Shown here piece after piece: positions 57,301-64,000 of a DNA stretch of 64,000 nucleotides (positions are counted from its first letter, which is position 1; each line of letters opens with the position of its first letter). The translations under genes were made by a program, and so were the position numbers. Source of the DNA: Podarcis cretensis (Eukaryota); the NCBI GenBank assembly GCA_951804945.1, contig OX638161.1, positions 40,858,001 to 40,922,000 of the forward strand, in the 5' to 3' direction. The notes under the pieces were generated by a model. It was not told the origin of the DNA. It saw only the letters and a program-made list of their open reading frames with translations, and did not search any database.

Positions 57301-60300
57301 TGCTTAAATCATTTTTGTTTACCCAAGCCAATTCAGACATGTAGAATGTTTCATGTGTTATCTCTTTTGAATGTTTTTAAACATCTGTTTCTAATTGCTT
57401 TCTATCAATATTTTTAATGTGTTTTTTATCTTTGTGAAATGTTTAGAATTTTTTTTAAAAGAAACAATCAAGTGGTATATAAATTTTGTTAAATAACTAT
57501 CAAAATAAGAAACTCAGAGAGGGCTGGAAGTTCCCTGCTGCAGGTCTACAGCTATTGAGCTTGGTGCCTCTTGCGTTATTGGTCACAATTGTAAGCCTTC
57601 ACTGTCTGTACTCAGGGTTGGACCAAGCCCAATGCCTTTCATATCTGCATCACCTCATACAAGCTGGTACTGCAGGACCACCAGGCCTTTCGACGCAAGA
57701 ATTGGAAGTATCTTATCTTGGACGAGGCTCAGAACATTAAGAACTTCAAGTCTCAGCGTTGGCAGTCTCTGCTAAACTTCAACAGGTGAGGGTGTGTGTG
57801 GTGGTGGGCTTGAGATTGGGGCGCAGGGTGGGGGAACGCCTCCCTCTCAGAGGTTCTCACTGTCCTGTCATATTCCTGTTCCAGTCAGAGGCGGCTTCTT
57901 CTGACCGGAACTCCTCTCCAGAACAGCCTGATGGAGTTGTGGTCCCTCATGCACTTCCTGATGCCCCATGTCTTCCAGTCCCACCGCGAGTTTAAGGAGT
58001 GGTTTTCCAACCCACTGACGGGCATGATTGAGGGCAGCCAGGAGTACAATGAGAACCTGGTGAAAAGGCTACACAAGGTGAGCGGGGTGGGGGTAAGGGT
58101 ACAGAGAGCAGCTGGCATGGTTGGAAGGCGAATGGGAATTGATTCTCTCCACCTCCCCAGGTGCTGCGGCCCTTCCTGCTGCGGAGGGTGAAAGTGGATG
58201 TAGAGAAGCAAATGCCAAAGAAATACGAACATGTCATCAAGTGTCGGCTTTCCAAGCGCCAGCGTTATCTCTACGATGACTTCATGGCCCAGGCTACGTA
58301 AGTACAGAAAGCTAGTTGGGGGGAGGGAGGGATGGGGTGCTGCACTAGGGGTTGCTTGGCTCTCAGTGGCCTGGATCTTAGAGGGCTGGTGGGCAGGAGC
58401 TCTGGAGGATGAGCCCAGTGTTTTATTCTCTGGCTTTGGTTATTCAGCACTGGACAAGCCATCCTTTATGCCATTCCTCTTTAACATCAGCAGCTGTTAC
58501 TCTGATGCTTGGCACCTCTGAGTCTGGCTCACCCTGTGGCTGGTTTCTCTTTTAGCACCAAGGAGACATTGGCAACGGGGCACTTCATGAGTGTCATCAA
58601 CATCCTGATGCAGCTCCGCAAGGTCTGCAACCACCCCAACCTCTTTGACCCACGGCCTATCCACTCGCCATTTATCACAGAAGGCATCTGCTTCAACACA
58701 GCTTCCCTCATCCTCCATGCCCTTGATAACGACCCTTTCAAGGCAAGTTTGTTCTCTCTCTGGTCTAGTAGGAGAGGGAGATGCTCCATTTAGATGCTCC
58801 AGGTTGGGCGAGAGATCATTTGTCTTTGGGGCAAGAAGGGGTATGTGTAAGTACCCAGGGTAACCAGACCCTATAATTGGGACTGTGCTTATTTCCTGCA
58901 TATGGGCCTTGCTCCTTACAGCATGCGGACTTGGGCATTTTCGATCTGATCAACTTGGAGGGCCGTGTGTCTCGTTATGAGACAGACACATTCCTGCCCA
59001 AGTGGAAGGTGACAAGGAAACTGATTGAAGAGATTGCTGAGTCCCCAGACCCTCCTCCCAGACCCAAGCCGGTCAAGATGAAAGTTAACAGGTACCTGTG
59101 ATCCTTCTCATTCTCAATAGTGGGCAGCTTCCAGCAGTGTTTAATGTTGCTCCAGCCACTCTGTGCTGCTTCCAATAAATTATAAAACTACAGCAAAACA
59201 TCAAACATTAAAACAGTCTTTGTTCTTTGCTGCCCAAAGTCTGCACACCCTATAATGTTGCTGCTAGTATTAGAAAAGCAGCATTAAGCGTTTTATCTTG
59301 TCCTTGGATTTGTCGTTGCTGGAGAATGCAGGAAGCCTTCTAGCACAGAGAAGAGGCTGACATCAGGTTTTGCCTCTTCCCAGCTGCATGGCAGAATACA
59401 AACTAATCACAAAGCCCTCACCTTAGTGACTTCCCAGGATCCTGACTCAGAAAATTCCTTTGGCTAAGGCAGAGAAAGTAAAGTAGTTGTGCTTGAGATT
59501 TGCCTAATAGGAGTTTCACTGAAGAGAACACAGATTCTGTGTTCTGTGAGAAGAGGATTTCCATTGTGTTAGTTCTAAATCGGTCTCTCTACCCACAGGA
59601 TGCTGCAGCCAGTGCCCAAGCCGGAGAACCGAACTGTGGTGCTGGTGAACAGCCCTCGTCCCACAACCCCTCTGCAAAAGCCCATTGCCCCTGTCCTTCC
59701 AGAGACACTGACGCCTGCTCTGGCCCCCATCCAACACCCGGGCCCAGTCTTGCCAGGACCAGTGCAGCCCCCCACACTCCCTGTTGCGGTCTCTCTCCCC
59801 ATGCCCATCCCTTTGCCCTCCTCACCAGTGACCATGTCAATACCAGTGCCTCCTTCCGTCAGACCACAGACCCAGACTCTAGTGCCTACGCTGAGCCAGA
59901 ACAACACAGCTGCTGCTCTGCTGCAAGGCCAGGCCTCTACTCCGCAGGGTAAGATTCAGAGATCCCAAAGCAGTGGTAATGGGGAGGGAAGAAAGGGGGC
60001 TGGGAGCTAATTCACTTTCTCAATTTAGCCCTGGCACCTCAAGTTCTTCTCTACAGTGATGTACTAAGAATTTTTACTTCCTGAAACCTATCTACCTTTC
60101 TGGCATACAAGTATTCTGTATTGGGGTGTCAAATCTCTCACTATCAAAAAAGGGGTTTTTTTAAGCTAGTAGCCCTTTCAAATTGCAGGGGGGAAATGTG
60201 TCCATTTTGTGTGTTGGAACAATTTCAATCCTGCATCTGAATGAGAGAGAATAGGGTATTGCTTGGAAGGGTTAGTAAAGGCAGAGATAGAGTGAGAAAA

Positions 60301-63300
60301 GTTTTCTTTTACGCCACTGGGAACAAAACAATGGTTTCTTCCTTTCTTTTCTTTTTTTTAAATGAGACCAGGGCTAGACCAGGAGACACTACAAATCTGT
60401 AATCTTTTCCCCTTTCTCCACAGTCCTGCCTGTGGCGATGACTGCAGCTCAGCTGGTCCCAAATGCTCCCCGACCCCTCCTCCAGCCATCTCCTATTCCT
60501 CCCACCACCGCAGCATCTTCCTCGCTGAAACCTGGTGCACTGCCAGCCCCTGTGGGGCAGCAGCAGCAGCAGCCCATCAACACCTTAGCCATCACGTCCT
60601 TGGGGCAGCAGCAGCCCATCAACACCCAGCCCATTAGCCCCTTGGGTGTCCCTCCCATGGGGCAGCCACCTCTGCCCATCAGCACCTTGGGTGTGTCCTC
60701 TGTGGGGCAGCCGCCACCGCCCATCAGCACCGTGGGTGTTTCCCCCATTGGACAGCAGCTGCCACCCACCAACACTTTGGGTCCAGCTGCTACAGCCCAG
60801 CAGTCAACCAGCACCATGGGCACAGGTGCCATAGGAGGCATGATGAAGCCCGTGAACATCCATTCCGCTGTGCCCGCCTTGCCAGGCTACAACTTTGCAA
60901 CTGCTGGAGCCCTTCAGCAAAGGCTTCTGCTCTCCCCGGATATGCAGGCACGGTTGCCCTGTAAGTATGGAGAGACCGCTGGGAAGGAGGCAGCACAGTT
61001 TGATCATCTCCCAAGCCTAACCAGTATCTTCTTTCACTGCAGCGGGCGAAGTGGTAAGCATTGGGCAGCTTGCCTCACTGGCCACCCGGCCCCTGCAGAG
61101 TGCTCCAGGGAGCAAACCCCTCACCTTCCAAATCCAAGGCAACAAGCTTACCTTGACGGGTACACAGGTCCGGCAGGTCACTATGCCTCAGCCAGCCCGA
61201 CAGCTGCCAAGTAGGTACCCCCCAGCATCCCACTATCCCAAACTCACTTTTCTCCTCTGTGTCCTGTCAGAACCTGATGGGCAGCTCTGCACAGTGTGTC
61301 GGTTGCTAGACAACTGTGCTACTGGAAATAGTTGGTAGGGTGCGTGGGCCCCAGTACGACTTCATTGAGCCTTCCATAATGATTGTCTTTTGGGGGAGGG
61401 TTCTGCTCTCTTGACTGGCTTGTTTTCCATGTGCCGGGGTCTCCATGGGAGAGCTTTCCACTTGCCCTCTGGCACAGCTTGCTCCTGCAGCAGATAATCT
61501 GTTCCACTCCCATTGCCTGAGTCCTCCTTTGAAATGGCGCTGAAAAATGTTCCTCGTAGATCTGGATGCAAAATAAAAACCTTGCAATGTGAATATGCAG
61601 AGAAGTAGTAATACCAGAATTGGTAGGAAATGGGTACAGTGGAAGAAATACTTTTATCAGAGCGGTCCCTCTAAGCTCCTGATGCCTCTTTGTGGGGCAT
61701 CTGGTGACCCGAGGGATACAGGAAACTCCAGAGCCTTTCCTGACATAGAGGCCCACTGTTTCTATGGTGGGATCTCTGCAGGAGGGCTTACACATGCACT
61801 GGGAAGTTTGGCCACCATCTACAGGCAAGGCAGGTAGCTGAGTAGTTAATGGTCTCTCCCTCCTGTCCCATCTAGGGAATGTAGTTCACCTGGTGTCGGC
61901 CGGGGGGCAGCACCACATCATCAGCCAGCCAGCACAGGTTGCTTTGATCCAGGCCATGTCTCAGCAGACTGGGCAGGCCCCAGTTGGGGTGCAGGCTGTG
62001 CCAGGCCACCAGCCTCCCACCATCCTGCCTGTCCCAGCTACCAGCACAGCTGCTGCAGCTGTGGCTTCCACAGCAACTATCAGCCTCCCCATTGCTGCCA
62101 CCCAAGGTTAGTCAGTATCTGGATTCCTGGGGATTGCCCTCCCGCTCTTGGAAGGCAATGTGGTTTTGTGGGTTGAGGGCCTGGGTGACTTTGCCTTTGG
62201 GTCAGTAAACCTTCCTTCTGTGTCCCCAACAGCATATTGTTCTCATCCTCCCTCGTATGGCATCTGTTGCTCCACCCTGGCCGCCTTCCACTTCCCTTTC
62301 CTTCTGCCCTGCTCCCTACATTGGCCCAACCCTCCACCACCTAAGCCTTCTCTGAATTGCCATGGCCTGGTCCTATATTGAGGCTTCTCCTTCAGCACCG
62401 GCATAAAATAAATGTCTGGTAGGAATAATAAGAAATGACACCACTCTGTTGGAGAGCCGCAGTTCAGCCTCTCTCTTTGCTGTTGCCCCCACAGTGCCCT
62501 CATCAGCAGTGAACAGCTCCGGTGTGGTGAAGATTGTTGTGCGTCAGGCTCCTCGAGATGGCCTGCTGACCCCGTCCCCTGGCCCGCAGCAGCCATCTCT
62601 GCGCCCTGCTACAGCAACAACTGCTGCCACACTGCCTGGTCTCCCAGCGGCCCTCATGGCCCAACGAGCCCCGCTCCCCATGACTCCTGTGCCGCCTGTC
62701 AGGTTGCCCGCTCAGCCACTGGTGCCAGTTAGGGCGCCCACACCAGCTCCCCTGCAGGGCCTTGTGAGACCCATGCTGCGAATGGTACAGGCGCCAAGCC
62801 CCAGCCTGGAGCAACAGCTGGGTAAGCATGTTGCCCAGCACCTTGCGTAGCGATTCGTGCATCTTAGGCGGCTGTGGGGTTGGGAAGAGTTCCTCACCAT
62901 CTTGGGAGTCAGCATCAGCTCTGGATATTGGTGGAAACGATAACGTGAAATGCCAAAGCACCATCTTCTAGTAGAGTTTAGTTTCTTCTCTTTTCCCCAG
63001 CAGCCCTTCTGATTCCCTTTCTGTCCCCTCTTTTTTCAGTTGCAGCTGCCACACCCCCGATAGCGGCTCCATTTGCGGTCACTCCAGCGGCCACCGTCAC
63101 TGTTGCCGCCAACACCTCCCCAGCTATGACTTCCCAGACAGCCTCAAGCGCAGTGCCCAAGGAGGAGCCAGAGATGTTAACGCTGCGCTCCACCACCCCA
63201 ACGCCGCCACCGCCCCCTTCCGTCCTGGCCCCACGGCCAAGGCGGCAGCCGCCTCCCCCACCTCGCTCACCCTTCTATCTGGTGAGTTCCTGCTGGAGGC

Positions 63301-63782
63301 CTTGGGCTCTGGGGGGGGGATCGAGGAGCAGGGTGGCCTAGAGGCTGTTATTGCCGCTTGGGGGAAGGGCCCTGGCCTCTGTTCTCCCTGACTGGCTTCA
63401 CTCTCTCTGGCCTGCAGGAATCACTTGAAGAGAAGCGGAAGAAGCAGAAGGAAGAGCGCCTCGACCGGCTCTTCCGCCTCAATGAGCAACACTGCAACCT
63501 TGTGCCAATTTATGGCACTGAGGTGCTACACTTTTGTACTCTTTTCCCCCCTGCTCCCCCTCACTGGAGGGAGGAGGAGGAGGAAGAGGAGCCAGCAGCA
63601 GCCCCAGCCCAGGAAGTAGAGCCCAAGGGCTACAGAGGGGCTAGCTATGCACACTGTTATGCAGCACAAGTGCAAAAGGACCCCCATCGCCTCGAGGCTC
63701 ACTGGCAGCGGGCAGACACCTTGGCCCAGGCTATCTTGAAGCCACAGCAGCGAATTGAGGAACTGACAGACATTATTGAGAG
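49685..63782 (+). CDS. SRCAP: Snf2-related CREBBP activator protein (SWR1-type H2A.Z-depositing ATPase), 3'-partial
   Basis: join(49685-49729[or 49741],50030-50272,50436-50621,50937-51077,51875-52091,52344-52630,52940-53027,53133-53222,53819-53974,55308-55561,55636-55813,56132-56268,57616-57785,57885-58077,58161-58297,58556-58742,58922-59091,59599-59948,60424-60960,61043-61210,61876-62106,62495-62821,63040-63281,63418-63782...). MQSSP start and [12 protein letters not shown] as in human SRCAP; HSA region ([23 protein letters not shown]); SNF2 motifs [34 protein letters not shown]; [14 protein letters not shown]. The gene continues beyond 64000. Confidence 0.96.
51297..51382. repeat. Compound (GT)n(AT)n(AC)n(ATAC)n microsatellite
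   Basis: Direct inspection; GT and AC arms flank an AT core, making it quasi-palindromic. Confidence 0.9.
53997..54264 (+). mobile_element. 5'-truncated poly(A) retroposon (L1/Tx1-like 3' end) with 18-bp TSD
   Basis: Ends AATAAAAATTATTTT plus an A run; flanked by identical AAAGGAAGGGAATGGGTC at 53979-53996 and 54265-54282. Confidence 0.85.
54322..55048. mobile_element. Tc1/mariner (Tigger-like) non-autonomous DNA transposon
   Basis: TA|CAGTGGTACCTTGATTCTCAAAC ... GTTCGAAAACCAAGGTACCACTG|TA: ~23-bp TIRs with TA TSD; internal ~60-bp tandem duplication around 54765-54920. Confidence 0.85.
56931..57085 (+). mobile_element. tRNA(Lys)-derived SINE with CR1-like tail
   Basis: TAGCTCAGTTGGTAGAACA (A box) ... 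GGGTTCGAGCCCCATGTTGGG (B box), then CTAGATGATCCTTGTGGTCCCTTCCAGCTCTAC...TTCTATGATTCT; same family as 4546-4675. Confidence 0.8.
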
Positions 63783-64000
63783 GTAGCATCTTTTTGTGGG
63801 GAGGTAAATCTTTGGGGGGGGTGGCAGCAAAAAAAAAAATAGAGGGTGCGAAAACGTAAAAAATGTAAAAGAAATTTTCCTGTACGCAACTGCTGCTGCA
63901 GGAATGTTGATTGCAATGAACTGGAAGGGGGAGAAGGTTCCAACAAAACTAGATTGGCAGAATAAATTACTAGAATCTGCTGAAATGGCACAAATGACAA

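Noticed and set aside
61400-61570. Possible second H/ACA snoRNA (hairpin followed by AGATAA)
   Set aside because: No convincing second hairpin with a terminal ACA box at the right distance.

Overview
Vertebrate genomic DNA, almost certainly from a squamate (probably a lacertid lizard, judged from a full-length Sauria SINE, tRNA-Lys/CR1-tailed SINEs, L2/CR1 LINEs and hAT/Tc1 MITEs). Three + strand multi-exon genes lie in the same order as at human 16p11.2: PRR14 (11 coding exons, ~723 aa), FBRS (18 coding exons, ~1036 aa) and the 5' part of SRCAP, which runs off the window end. Each gene has a CpG-island promoter. Exon chains were built by hand from GT/GC-AG sites and codon phase and compared with the human proteins from memory; no searches were run. 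The most striking unexplained feature is a 3.7-kb uninterrupted Glu/Gly-rich ORF (ATG 43917) inside SRCAP intron 1. Its stop codon overlaps a 5' splice site (AG|GTAACT). If that site is used, the ORF continues in frame through two nominally untranslated exons into the canonical SRCAP Met, predicting an 'XL-SRCAP' with a ~1319-aa, largely acidic N-terminal extension; if unused, it gives a free-standing ~1232-aa protein. Other observations include a SNORA30-like H/ACA snoRNA just downstream of that exon, a strand-polarised TTAAAGGG cluster and a CRE/AARE array upstream of the FBRS CDS, a duplicated N-terminal module in PRR14, and a recent poly(A) retro-insertion 4 nt from an SRCAP splice donor.
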